Shown: positions 11,716 to 23,473 of the stretch, one piece after another
Layout of the letters: each line of letters opens with the position of its first letter
Numbering within the stretch: the first letter of the stretch is position 1
From: Eledone cirrhosa
Lineage: Eukaryota
Assembly (NCBI GenBank): GCA_964016885.1
Contig: OZ024750.1
Location: 51,150,001 to 51,214,000 of the forward strand
Length of the DNA stretch: 64,000 nt
Direction: 5' to 3'
Notes under the pieces: model-generated
Databases searched by the model: none
What the model saw: only the letters and a program-made list of their open reading frames with translations
What the model was told of the DNA's origin: nothing
Position numbers and translations under genes: made by a program

Positions 11716-11798
11716 GTATGTTTGTATGTATGTATATGTATGTATATGTATGTATGTGTGTGCGTATGTGTATGTATGTGTATGTATATGTATATATA

Positions 11799-11865
<67 letters not shown>

Positions 11866-11969
11866 GTATGTATATATATGTGTGTATATATGGGGTATAC
11901 TTATATATGTATATGTGTGTATGTGTGTGTGTATATATATATATATAAATATGTGAATGTATGTGTATA

Positions 11970-12030
<61 letters not shown>

Positions 12031-12087
12031 GTATATGTATATGTATATATATATATGTATATCTGTATGTATATATATGTGTATATA

Positions 12088-12126
<39 letters not shown>

Positions 12127-12179
12127 TTATTTTTTTATATATATATATGTGTGTTTATGTGTATGTGGGTGTGTCTATG

Positions 12180-12690
12180 GTTTCGCGCGAGTGTATGAGT
12201 GAGTGTGTTTTGTGAATGTGTCTGTTGATTTTGGCATATAGTTGAATAGTTTAAGAGAAATTTGACGACAATAGTAAGATATGCACTCAATATTTTGAAT
12301 TTATCTACAGAATTCTCTACACTTGTCACTTAGTAAAGAATTTAGCTTTTAAGAATCTCCCTTTCCTTTAAATCTATCTACCATGACTGACCCCCAATGA
12401 TTTTATAGACACCTGTTAGCTTAATAAGGATTGGCATGGCATCCTGAACCTGTTCATCGAATTCTTCCTGCCTTTGTTACTCATAAAATAAAAATAAACT
12501 ATAGCTTTGTTGAATTAGCTTCTAATGAATTCTGTCAACCAATGACCTACACCTATCCCACTCCCCACCCTCTCCTGCCACTTGTAGAGACCTATATATA
12601 CCATAATTATTTTTTGATACCCAGATTTCTGATAATTTCCGAAGAATGAAACAGTTCTAGTCCTGTAGAATGTCATCTATATTAAAACCT
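12180..12690 (+). mobile_element. 3' terminal region (pseudo-LTR) of a Penelope-like element with hammerhead-like motif 12623-12678
   Basis: AGAT..CTGATAA-TTTCCGAAGAAT-GAAAC-AGTTCTA/TAGAAT-GTC-ATCT. Inverted partner of 5004-5091. Confidence 0.65.
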
Positions 12691-12756
12691 TTATACTCTG
12701 CTATGTATTGAGTACCTTACTTACTGTGGCTACCTCCGATTCAACCCGGAATAACG

Positions 12757-12788
<32 letters not shown>

Positions 12789-12877
12789 AATATATATACA
12801 TACACACATATATACACACTTCGTTTACAAGTATAGTAAATATTTTTCCTATACATATATATATACATATATATATA

Positions 12878-12921
<44 letters not shown>

Positions 12922-13506
12922 GAGAGAGAGAGAATAAGGAAAAAAACAAAGTAGTTTAGATGCTAAACTCCTTTATTGCTGAGGCCGTGATACATATTTC
13001 GATGACGTGAGCGGCCATGTGATTCTGGCATTCCAATGTGGAAAATGCACGTTGAGTTCTTGACTTGAATATAAATATATATAAATATATGTATACATAT
13101 GTATATATATATTTATATAAATATAAGTATGTACACGTACATACATATATGTATACACACGTACAGTAGTATGTATATATATACATACATGCACACATAT
13201 ATATATGTACGTATGGATTCACCGAACATTTATTATAATGCTCGGTGTGTTTGTAAACAAACAACCCGCATTAAGCCGTAGTGTCTAGCAACCATGACAA
13301 CTTACAATTAAGGACAAAATGAAAATACACACACACATAAAACAAACAACCAATCAGTAACATGTAAATAAATAAATAAATAAACAAATATAAACACACA
13401 CAGACAGCCGGATGTAACACATGCTCAAACTAAGAACACAACACACAGAAAAACAAGATGGCATTGGACAGAACAAAGGAGAGGCACAAACACAAAGAAA
13501 AGAATC

Positions 13507-13558
13507 CCCAGTCACTGAAGAGGTCACATAATGTGTGACGAAATAACAATCGTCTGGG
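13507..13558 (+). ncRNA. Degenerate hammerhead-like motif in a probable Penelope-like terminal repeat
   Basis: CCCA..CTGAAGA-G-GTCACA/TGTGAC-GAAA-TAACAATC-GTC-TGGG. Stem III pairs poorly. Confidence 0.4.
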
Positions 13559-13714
13559 TGTGGAACCAGCCAACCAACCGGAAATTTATAAATTCTTAAA
13601 TTTATAAATTTAATTTATAATAAATTGAAGTGAAAGCAACTGGTACGTGTGTTTCTTATTGGCAACGTGACCCTCCCAAAGCATAACAATATATATATAT
13701 ATATATATATAAAT

Positions 13715-13851
13715 ATTTAACGGAGTTGTGGTAAGTTGTGTGTAATAGGAAAATGTATGACCCCGACGGCAGAGCTGCAGCCGTTTCGACGGCTATTTCT
13801 GAAATACCCGCCGAAATGGCTTGAGCTCTGCCGTCGGGGTCATACATTTTC
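13715..13851. mobile_element. Palindromic element of the 4788 family (palindrome 13749-13851)
   Basis: GAAAATGTATGACCCCGACGGCAGAGC...GCTCTGCCGTCGGGGTCATACATTTTC, flanked by (TA)n. Confidence 0.75.
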
Positions 13852-14289
13852 ATATATATATGGCAGTGTGAGATTTCTCATTGTGAGACTGCTGGAATTT
13901 CAAATTTGGCGGTCATTCTAGCACGGAGGGGTACCATCACTGAACATTAATATCGGTATGGGTTTTTTTATATCGATATTTGTCGAGCACCCACTAATGA
14001 TTTATAAGTGCCCACCTACATATATTCCCATGGACTATGTGTAGGCTTCTACATAACCTGGACATTATTTTCCCAATATGGAGAAAACTTATAATGAAAC
14101 GATCAATTTGGAAAGAGAGATGTATTTTAATTATGTCTCATATAAAATAATACAACTGACTATCCGCAAAATACGTATAGTTAGCACCCCAAACGTATAA
14201 TTGGGATTATACTAAGGTATATCCTAATGGTTGTTGAGTGAGACGGAAGCCGGTCGTAGTATTGCTTAAAGATTTCGCTGTTAATGTAT

Positions 14290-14352
<63 letters not shown>

Positions 14353-14353
<1 letters not shown>

Positions 14354-14439
14354 GGAACAAGTAAGACCCCGACGGCTGAGCTCAAGCCGTTTCGACCGAT
14401 AATTCTGGACTGAATTAGTCCAGAATTAGCCGTCGAAAT
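14353..14439. mobile_element. Partial palindromic element of the 4788 family
   Basis: GACCCCGACGGCTGAGCTCAAGCCGTTTCGAC...TAATTCTGGACT-GAATT-AGTCCAGAATTAGCCGTCGAAA, in (TA)n. Confidence 0.7.
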
Positions 14440-15172
14440 ATATATATATATATATCAAGAAAGAAGAGTGACATGGTTTGCTAGACAATAAGGGCTTTAT
14501 TCACATTGCTGACAATTGTTTCTCTGAACTGGTATGTCTAGAGATCGCTACCCGGCTGTTTTTGCGTCAATCGATCACCAATACATTAGACTACATCTAA
14601 GTGGACTACCTATAACAATTTGTTATCCCCTATATATATATAGCTGAGCGGGGCTATAGGAAAAATATTCACTATATTTGCCAACGAAAGTATTTTCACT
14701 CATTTCTTAATGTCGATGTTATCGTCATTAATACTATTATATATTATACATTAGATGTCTAGCTAGTATATTTCATATTACACAAACACACACACATATG
14801 TACATATATATATTTATATATATATATATATATATGTATGTATTTATATATAATATATATGTGTGTGTATGTAAACATATATATATATATATGTATATAT
14901 TTATATATATATGGTGTAAATATGTGTAAATATGCTTGTGTATATGTGTGTGTGTGCGTGTCTGTGTGTGTGTGTGTGTGTGTCTGTGTGTGTGTGTGTG
15001 CATGTGTGTGTGTGTCTGTGTGTGTGTCTGTGTGTTTGGTCTGTCTCACGAAGACTACCAGGAAAACATAACTTTTTAAATATTAGGAAATAGAAGTTGT
15101 TCTGTCACATTAATAATGATGGATTACCAGAGAAGAGATAAAACATTATCATATATATATATATATATGTGT

Positions 15173-15203
<31 letters not shown>

Positions 15204-15349
15204 CACGCGCACGTGTGTGTGTGTGCACGCGCACGTGTGTGTGTGTGCGCGTGCATTTGCATATATACGAACATGCATACGCAAGAAACATACTGATGCG
15301 CGCGCATATTCACACACGTACACACGCGCGCACATACTCACACACAGAC

Positions 15350-15387
<38 letters not shown>

Positions 15388-15819
15388 AAAAATATATGAA
15401 TATATATATATATAGAAAGAAAGGAATTGGGTTGATGGGTTCAGATTTAATTCGAAGAGGTTATCGTCTGCAAATCAAAGACCTGTCGAAAAGGAAGATC
15501 AATATTTTAGTAGGGTATATTGTGAAAGGTCATTTCCATTATGTACTTTAAAAAGAGGGGGTCAATAGCTTCAGATATCCGCCTACTGATGTTTATCTAT
15601 CACAATAGACGAGTGATCGGTTTGTAGAGTTAGAGATATAGATATGTCGGTCAAAGATAGATGTGTTCCTCTTTCTAATAGATGAATAGATCATCCCTTC
15701 TTCTTGCTGAAGATTAAAGTTTAATCTTCAGCAAGAGATTTGATTTGTCACACGTTGCTCTTGTATGTATGAATCTAGTGAATATTGTGTGTATATATAT
15801 ATATATATATAGATATATA

Positions 15820-15925
15820 AATAGCCGTCGAAACGGCGGGATCAAACATTTTCCTATTACCCACTTCACTACCCTAAGCATTGAGTACTCTGGTGCGTTA
15901 TGGTCCATTTGGTTCCTTCGTTATC
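15820..15925 (+). mobile_element. Truncated, internally deleted copy of the 4788 family
   Basis: ATAGCCGTCGAAACGGC...CATTTTCCTATTACCCAC...GAGTACTCTGGTGCGTTAT is the reverse complement of parts of 4790-4915. Confidence 0.65.
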
Positions 15926-16201
15926 TCGGAGCTTTCCTTGAGTGCTTATTAATATTTGTGACTAATCCCAATTTTATTTTTAAACTGCGATAATATTGCT
16001 TTATGCTGAACTCCATGTTTTTTGTTGAGTTTTTTCGGAATGTTTTGACTGCTGTTTCTTGTAAACAGATTTTGGTTTCATCCCGGCATCACTAGCCTGG
16101 GTCCACGTGTGTTTTGTTATTTCAATTCAACACGCTGTTCACTTGCCTGCTTTTAAATTTCCCTCTGGCATCTGAGCAGTGAGATTTAGTTAACGTATTG
16201 A

Positions 16202-16282
16202 GCACTACTGATGAACGACACCAACCGTGACTAATTCCCACTGAAAAGTTTCGTGAAATAGTCTTTTTAGACTATATAGTGC
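16202..16282 (+). ncRNA. Complete type-I hammerhead ribozyme motif
   Basis: Stem I GCACTA/TAGTGC, core CTGATGA (16208-14), stem II ACGA/TCGT, GAAA (16255-58), stem III TAGTC/GACTA, AUA site with predicted cleavage after 16276. Confidence 0.8.
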
Positions 16283-16653
16283 ATTTGCAGATTTCCCCAA
16301 ATTGAGGGTTAAGTATTTCTTCTTGATTTTATTTTGAGTTAAGATTGTATTGGTTTTTTTCCCAGCTTACACAAAGTTTGAGGATAAATTTTTTTCTTGA
16401 CTTGTTTTGAATTAAGATTGAATTATTTATCCCATATCTTACGTTAAACATTTTTCAACTTGATGTTATAGTCACTTATATGTCTGAATTATTGTCAGTT
16501 TTTTGCTTACATTAATTTCTCTATTTTCATTTATATATATTTACAGATAGAGAGAATGAAAAGGAGGGGACAAAATGCAATGTCAGATTGATAGATAGAT
16601 AGATGGATGAATGTTATACACACACACACATACACACGCCCATACACAAAAAT

Positions 16654-16685
<32 letters not shown>

Positions 16686-17067
16686 AATATAAAACGAAAA
16701 ATCAGTGATGCATCTGAACTCAATTTATTGTGTGTTACAATTGGCGGACAGCTCGAGACACGATCATTGTGTGGATCTGTCTGATTCTGGACCCGCAGGT
16801 TCGACGGACACGTCTAATGATTTCGGAGCAAATTTTCTCGCTGGGGTGTTAGCGTCATAAACATCCTCTTCGCGCATCCTGTTATTGGCTGCTGATTTTC
16901 TACGTCATCGTAAGTCTGACCAAGAGGTGTAATTTGACTGACCATCAGCTGTGCCTTTTTGCCACACTTCGATGAAATATTACTGGGTTTTGTAGTTCAA
17001 ACGTCCACTCACGCATTCACACACACATACACACACACACACACACGCACAAACACACACAAACACA

Positions 17068-17121
<54 letters not shown>

Positions 17122-17271
17122 CATAGATAACAACATCTGTACGCATAGACTCCTGCTATACACACGACACTTAAGGAGAACATATAAAAAGCTATAGACA
17201 TACGCATAAACAGAGGCCTGCCTACATGCCCATATATAAGCACAGATACAGACTGGCTCACAAACACACAC

Positions 17272-17334
<63 letters not shown>

Positions 17335-17479
17335 TACACATACATATATATATATACACACACAAACAAGCCCTTTCGCTACATTAGTTGCTTATACACA
17401 CACACACACACACATACTGGCTCATATACACTCTTACAAATATGCGTATATTCACATATACCCATGCACGCCTACAAAG

Positions 17480-17510
<31 letters not shown>

Positions 17511-17539
17511 AACAGAAATATCCACGGTTAGTTGTGGGG

Positions 17540-17599
<60 letters not shown>

Positions 17600-17726
17600 A
17601 ATAGGATATATAGACAAGGTCATATAAAGATACACAATTTTTTATATATCTATGTGACGTTATATGTATACTTTTAATATATTGCATGTTTATTTTATAT
17701 ATGTGTATATACGTATGTGTATATAT

Positions 17727-17794
<68 letters not shown>

Positions 17795-17899
17795 GTGTAT
17801 GTATATGGTTATATTGTTTATATATGTGCATCATTTCATGTATGACCTATTGTATAACACATTGTGTATTTTTATATGACTTTCTGTATATATCCTATT

Positions 17900-17944
<45 letters not shown>

Positions 17945-17959
17945 ATATACACATGTATA

Positions 17960-18430
17960 TGTCAGGTCACCAGTTGGTGCTATTGGTATTATGTATCCCA
18001 GTACAACCCGTCTCATGGTCGGGTCGTTGGCGACTAAACTGGCAACCTCACCAAGGATTCTTGGTGAGGAGGGTGAATTTGGCAGCCACCATGTAAGTAT
18101 GTATGAATGTATGCTGTAATAAAAGATAGGTAAGCAAGCCAAAGTATAGAGCAGTCCGTAAGGTGACTTTGAATATAATTATTAAGGCTATTTACTTCTA
18201 CGGCGCCATACCCGGTACCTACGTTACATTGGTACAGGTTAAACAAGTTTTTCTTCCATGGATTCGCTGCGGTATTGCCGGGCAATTTCCCCGAGTGTGA
18301 GTTTTGATTATCTTGCAGGGAATATCTTTCAAGGAGTTCCTTCCCAACTCTCCTAATTTATCTGTCCCATGCAGATAGGCTTGCTCGATAGACGGGCTCC
18401 TACGCTTCGAGGTTCGTAAATGTCGTCGGT
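17960..18430 (+). mobile_element. Possible LTR (TGT...TACA, 17960-18228) with PBS-like TGG and start of internal region
   Basis: TG...CA ends, internal AATAAA at ~18118, TTGGTAC immediately 3'. No second LTR or coding remnant seen. Confidence 0.3.
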
Positions 18431-19830
18431 GAGATATGATGCGACATTCAAATGTTGTCTGGACAGATGTAATGCCTCTGCTTCCCTGCTTACGTTTCAA
18501 GTAGAGGCGGTCTATATCTCTGTTGATGTGGAACTTTCCGGTGTTGTTTAGAATTTTTTGGTTTTAACATCAATTGTTCGGATTTCAGCTTTCGTCCACT
18601 TGAGTATGCCAAACATTGGTGTTAGGACAGGTATAGCAAACACATTGGGAGCCACTTGTTTATTGTGCGCAGAAAGTTCCGATGACTATATTTTTCTTAA
18701 TCAGGTGTAATATTCCCTGGTTACGCGTTCCTTATTACAGGTCCCCGTCAGATATCGGTGAAACAGTTAGGCCATTGATACAAATGTTGCTATATTGGGT
18801 TGTAGTTTTTCCCGGTTTCACAATCATATATAAACATTTATCTTGACCAAATTTCATTCCTATATCCTTTGAGAACGTTGTAACCAGGTTAAGATTTTTC
18901 TTCACCCCATTTATTTTCTTGGCATAGAGTTTCAGATCATCCACAAAGAAATTATGGGTTAGATTCGTATTTATGTCCTCCTGTGAGCCAATGATGTTTC
19001 CTTCACATTTCTTTAACAGAAAGGGCAAGGGGTTTAATGGCATGATGAATAATATCACAGAGAGACTGTCTCCCTGAAATACACCCCTGCGATATTTTAT
19101 TTTATCAGTGAAAATAGAGTCCTCCTTCTCTGTCTTTAACTTTAGGATAGTAGCCCAAGAAGAAGACAGCTTCTCTATGGCTCTGATAATAATGTCTGGG
19201 ACTTTAGCAATTCGGAGGGCCTCTATCATCCAAGACTGGGAAACAGAATCGAAAGCTTTCCTATAGTCCTGCCAGGCTGTAGCCATATTCCTCCTAAGTT
19301 GTCGCACCTCCGACATCACAGTTTTGTTAATTAGGAGTTGTTCAGCATATCCCCAAACCCCGTTCTTTCCAGCTGCTTGTTCATCTTTGAGATGGCATTA
19401 CTGTAGCAGTGATGTTGGAGGAATAGTTTGAGGCAGGCTGTATACATCTTATACATCATGTTCTGAATGGGTCGGTAGTTTTTTGCCAAGTGGGTGTCTT
19501 TGTTATTGGGGACCAGTATTGTTTGTGCTAATGTGAACCAATCTGGTATAAATGTATCTCCCTTGAGAACTTGTTGGTAGAGGTCGGTAAGATACCTTCT
19601 ATATAATATCAGCTTTTTGTACCAGTAGCCGACAATCATGTCTGTTCCTGGTGTTTTCTTATCTTGGAGTTTTCCTATCACAGTTTCAAGGGTATCCTCA
19701 TTTATTTCGTATGTTTCTGTTGTAGTGCAGAAGTAATAGTTCTGTTAGATTTCTTTTTGCCTCTTTGCATCTTGGTTGAAATTTTTCTTTTTGTATTTGA
19801 GTCAAGACAGTTCGAAAGATTTGCAAATAT
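18430..19830 (-). mobile_element. Decayed R4/Dong-like non-LTR retrotransposon RT fragment
   Basis: TPGTDMIVGYWYK, KNYRPI, AWQDYRKAFDSVSQSW, RGVFQGDSLS, FFVDDLKLYAK, FSKDIGMKFGQDKC, RKQGSRGI. Many frameshifts. Confidence 0.85.
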
Positions 19831-19858
19831 GAGTGAGTTAGTATGCGCATATATATTT

Positions 19859-20040
19859 GTTTCTACTTTAGGCACAAGGCCAGCAATTACCCAGTTCATT
19901 ACTGGTACTTTATTTTATCGACCCCGTAAGGATGAAAGGTAAAGTCAACCTCGGCGGGATTTGAACTCAGATCGTAAAGGGACGTAACTATGCTGGAAAG
20001 CATGGCGTCCGACCCTCTACCGATACTGCCAATCCACCGC
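19859..20040 (-). mobile_element. tRNA-headed SINE (family A)
   Basis: Box A-like TGGCAGTATCGG, box B GAGTTCAAATCC, central GCCTTTCATCCTTACGGGGTCGATAAAATAAAGTACCAG (resembles the Meta-type SINE domain), tail GGCCTTGTGCCTAAAGTAGAAAC. At least 10 copies in the window. Confidence 0.85.
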
Positions 20041-20908
20041 AGTGGGTACGGTACGTCCCTCAAGTACAGGAGTGTCTGTTTGTTGGGGTGGGGGTGGATA
20101 TGTGAGTGTATTTGTGTGTGGGTGCTCGTGTGTGATTGTGTTGGTGTGAGTGGGTTTGGGTGTGTGGATGTGTGGGTGTGGCTGTGAGCGGCTTAGTAGT
20201 TAAAGTGTTTGGCTTATTATCGTAAGGTCGCGTTTTCGATTCCCAGTAACAGGTTGTGCCCTTGAGGAAGTCACTTTACTTCACGTTGTTCCAGTCCGTA
20301 AAATTGTACCTGTAATATAGATGGCCAGTCATGTCACACACTGTGTCACGCTGATTCTTCATGAGAATTTAGTTGAGAGTACAAGTGTCTGTGGCATGAC
20401 TGAACACTTGAAGCACCCATTTTTGTAACTGGAGGAAGTACACCAATCTATACGAGCGTATAGTCATTCTAGGACCTCGAATGGAAAATATATGGAATAT
20501 TTTACCTATATTCACTGGTCAGATAATTAGTTGGAATCGGTGGATACAACTTAGTTTGGTTTGTTCTTTGTGTCTTTATTCTTTTATACACACCTGTTGT
20601 TACATAACCCACTTCTTTTATTCTCCCTTATTTTCCCATCCTCATCACTGAGGGTCGGGTTCCAAGGACAGTTGCCCCATTGCTCTCCATTGGCTTTTCA
20701 CACTCACCACCACCATACACTTCACCACCATTCTTCCCATACAATCCCTGATTTCATCACTCCATCGTTTCCTTCGTCGTTCTCTCCATCTTCTGACATC
20801 GATGTGTCCTCCAGGATGTAGGTGCAGAAGTTATGGGCCCTGATGAGTTGGCCAACGTATTGTAGCGTTCGCTTCCAGCGACGTTCTAATCCCCAGGCAT
20901 TATTAGTA

Positions 20909-21297
20909 TTGGCAGTATCGGTAGAGGGTCGGACGCCATGCTTTCCAGCATAGTTACGTCCCTTTACGATCTGAGTTCAAATCCCGCCGAGGTTGACTTT
21001 GCCTTTCATCCTTACGGGGTCGATAAAATAAAGTAGCAGTAATGCACTGGGTAATTGCTGGCCTTGTGACTAAAGAAGAAACAATTATTAGTATTGGCAG
21101 TATCGGTAGAGGGCCGGACGCCATGCTTTGCAGCATAGAGTTACGGCCCTTTATGATCTGAGTTCAAATCCCGCCGAGTTTAACTTTGCCTTTTATTCTG
21201 TCGGGGTCGATGAAATAAAGTACCAGTCACGCACTTGTGTCGATTTAATCGACTTTCCTCAACCCCAAAATAGCTGGCCTTGTGCCAACAGTAGAAA
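20909..21297 (+). mobile_element. Two head-to-tail family A SINEs (20909-21082, 21094-21297)
   Basis: Both match the family A consensus. Confidence 0.85.
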
Positions 21298-23028
21298 TAG
21301 TTATTAGTAACAGTGAGATACGTGTGAATCCTGTGTCCTAGCCTTTGGTTGACGTCATAGTGGTAATGGTTTCTGATTTGGTACTTTATATTATCGACCC
21401 CGTAAGGATGAAAGCCAAAGCTAACTTTGGCGTGATTTGAACTCAAATGTGCCGCAATGTATGTTGTTCGCACACTCTACTGACACTGCCAAATCACATT
21501 AGAAATAATACAAGATACTATAAGCAGCAGAGTGAGCAATAAACCATTTTTAAAAAAAAGTCTTACTACATAAGACCAGACTCTACTGTTCACTAGGTGG
21601 TCTCTCGGCCTGACAGGTTACCAACATTTGAACCAACAAGGAGGCTTTTAATACTCTCAGTTTTATAGAGACCAGAATAAGAACGAAGTCTTTTGGGAAG
21701 CATTACCTACATACAAAGAAACGATAGAGCCTCTGAGGATAACATATTTAATAGAAAATGGAATTAGCAGCATGCCCAATGAAGAAGCTTCTCCCGACCT
21801 GATAAAAATACCAAATAAATCTGTCTTAAACCAAACACAATGAATAAAGTAATGCAAGATAACTCTAAAGACGCGGGGAGCATAGTTAAAATGTTATTGG
21901 TCATAGGTCTGCCCAGAGTTTAACTGAGGTTAGACAACAACAATAGCAACAAGTTAGGAATCATATATTTATTTCTCATCTGCAGCTAAAGTCTAGGAAA
22001 ATCTTTAATTTAAACACTGAACCATGAAACATAACAGTATGATTAAAACACTTAATATTTCATGTTTAGTAATTACTTCATATATTGTTCTAGAATGCAG
22101 GAACATGTTTGAGAATACTTTAGGAAATTAACAGAAGCATTGCTTTATTGGTTCCTTCTAAAGCAACATGGGAAATAGACAATGTATAAGTTTTTTTGTT
22201 GTTGTTCTTATTATTTTCAGAAGCAATGAACTAATTAAATATTAAACTGTTTGAATTACAGAACACAGAGAAGCCTGTGTGATTAAGATGTTTGCTTCAC
22301 AATCAGGAGGTCTCTGGTTCGAGCCCAGTACGTACTGTCATTTTCATAGCCAAGTGTCATTACCAACAAAACTTTGGTCGATCTCACAACATTCATATGA
22401 CTCGCGACGAACCGAATCTATGGTAAAAAAGACACTTACCGAAGATGCAAAGCAATGGTAGATAACTCAGTATTTTGTGGTGGTTAAGGGACACTTTTAA
22501 ACATTTGAATCTGTTATATTATGTTCATATAACTGTTTGATAAAAGAACAAAAAATATTCTTGAAGAAACAATTATTTTTAGTAGTAACCGACTCCGACG
22601 ATAAGTGATCCAGTTGTTCGGTAGAGAAATGGCCTACTCGTTAAATGAACATGTAATTGACTGGTTATTCCACAGGCGCGTACTTACAGATCATAGTTCT
22701 CAGGGAGATTCCATTCGCCAGACAATGTATGACAAGGCTGACCCTTTGAATTAAGGAGTAAATTATCTAAACGACCTCCGCACAGTTTCTGTCTATTAAA
22801 TTCAGTTCCTAATTCGTTAAGGCGATCAGAATCTATGGTAAGATACAGCTAAAGATACCACAGAGAGGAACCACCTGGACTTTAGGATTACGAAAAGAAC
22901 TTCTTAAACATTCGGTTAGAGTACATCCATATTGTGAGATAAACCTACAGTGGAGCAGAATTATATCCAGAACGACGTGATTTCAAAGCAGACATCTTAA
23001 CTATATGATCATTACCGTACCAATACTT

Positions 23029-23200
23029 GTTTCTACTTTAGGCACAAGGCCAGCAATTAACCAGTGCATTACTGGTACTTTATTTTATCGACCCCGTAAG
23101 GATGAAAGGCAAATTCAACCTCGGCGGGATTTGAACTCAGATCGTAAAGGGACGTAACTATGCTTGAAAGCATGGCATCCGACCCTCTACCGATACTGGC
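23029..23200 (-). mobile_element. Family A SINE
   Basis: Near-identical to 19859-20040. Confidence 0.85.
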
Positions 23201-23473
23201 AACAGCTTTCTTTAGAAAGCTGTCGTAACGATTTCCTCTATCCAATTACACTGGCGAGGCTTGAGTGGAATCGAGGCTGTGATTAAAGACACTTAAACAA
23301 GATGGTATATAGCTGGACTGAACCTGGAACCTCATAATTGTGGTAAAAGAAAAACTATATTTACTCCGAAATAAATGAAGTTGAAACAATTACTAGGCCA
23401 ATAAAAACGAATGACATTGGAAATGGAATACAAAACATGTTATAAGGAAATAGAGTTAAGGGGAACGCCTGAT

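Noticed and set aside
12955-17000. Further partial hammerhead-like fragments (minus ~12985-13010, minus ~14505-14525, plus ~14157-14185, ~16690-16960)
   Set aside because: Only GAAA/stem III halves or degenerate cores are visible, which is insufficient to call individually.
5631-17834. Numerous YI/CV/HT-repeat ORFs
   Set aside because: They are translations of (TA)n, (TG)n and (TATG)n microsatellites.
19859-20040. tRNA gene
   Set aside because: A/B-box-like motifs are present but there is no cloverleaf, and the body and tail are shared with many SINE copies.
21540-21950. Possible exon FYRDQNKNEVFWEALPTYKETIEPLRITY...
   Set aside because: It loosely resembles a decayed RTE C-terminus and is followed by a (CAA)n-like tail, so more likely an ancient LINE remnant. 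Too weak to annotate.
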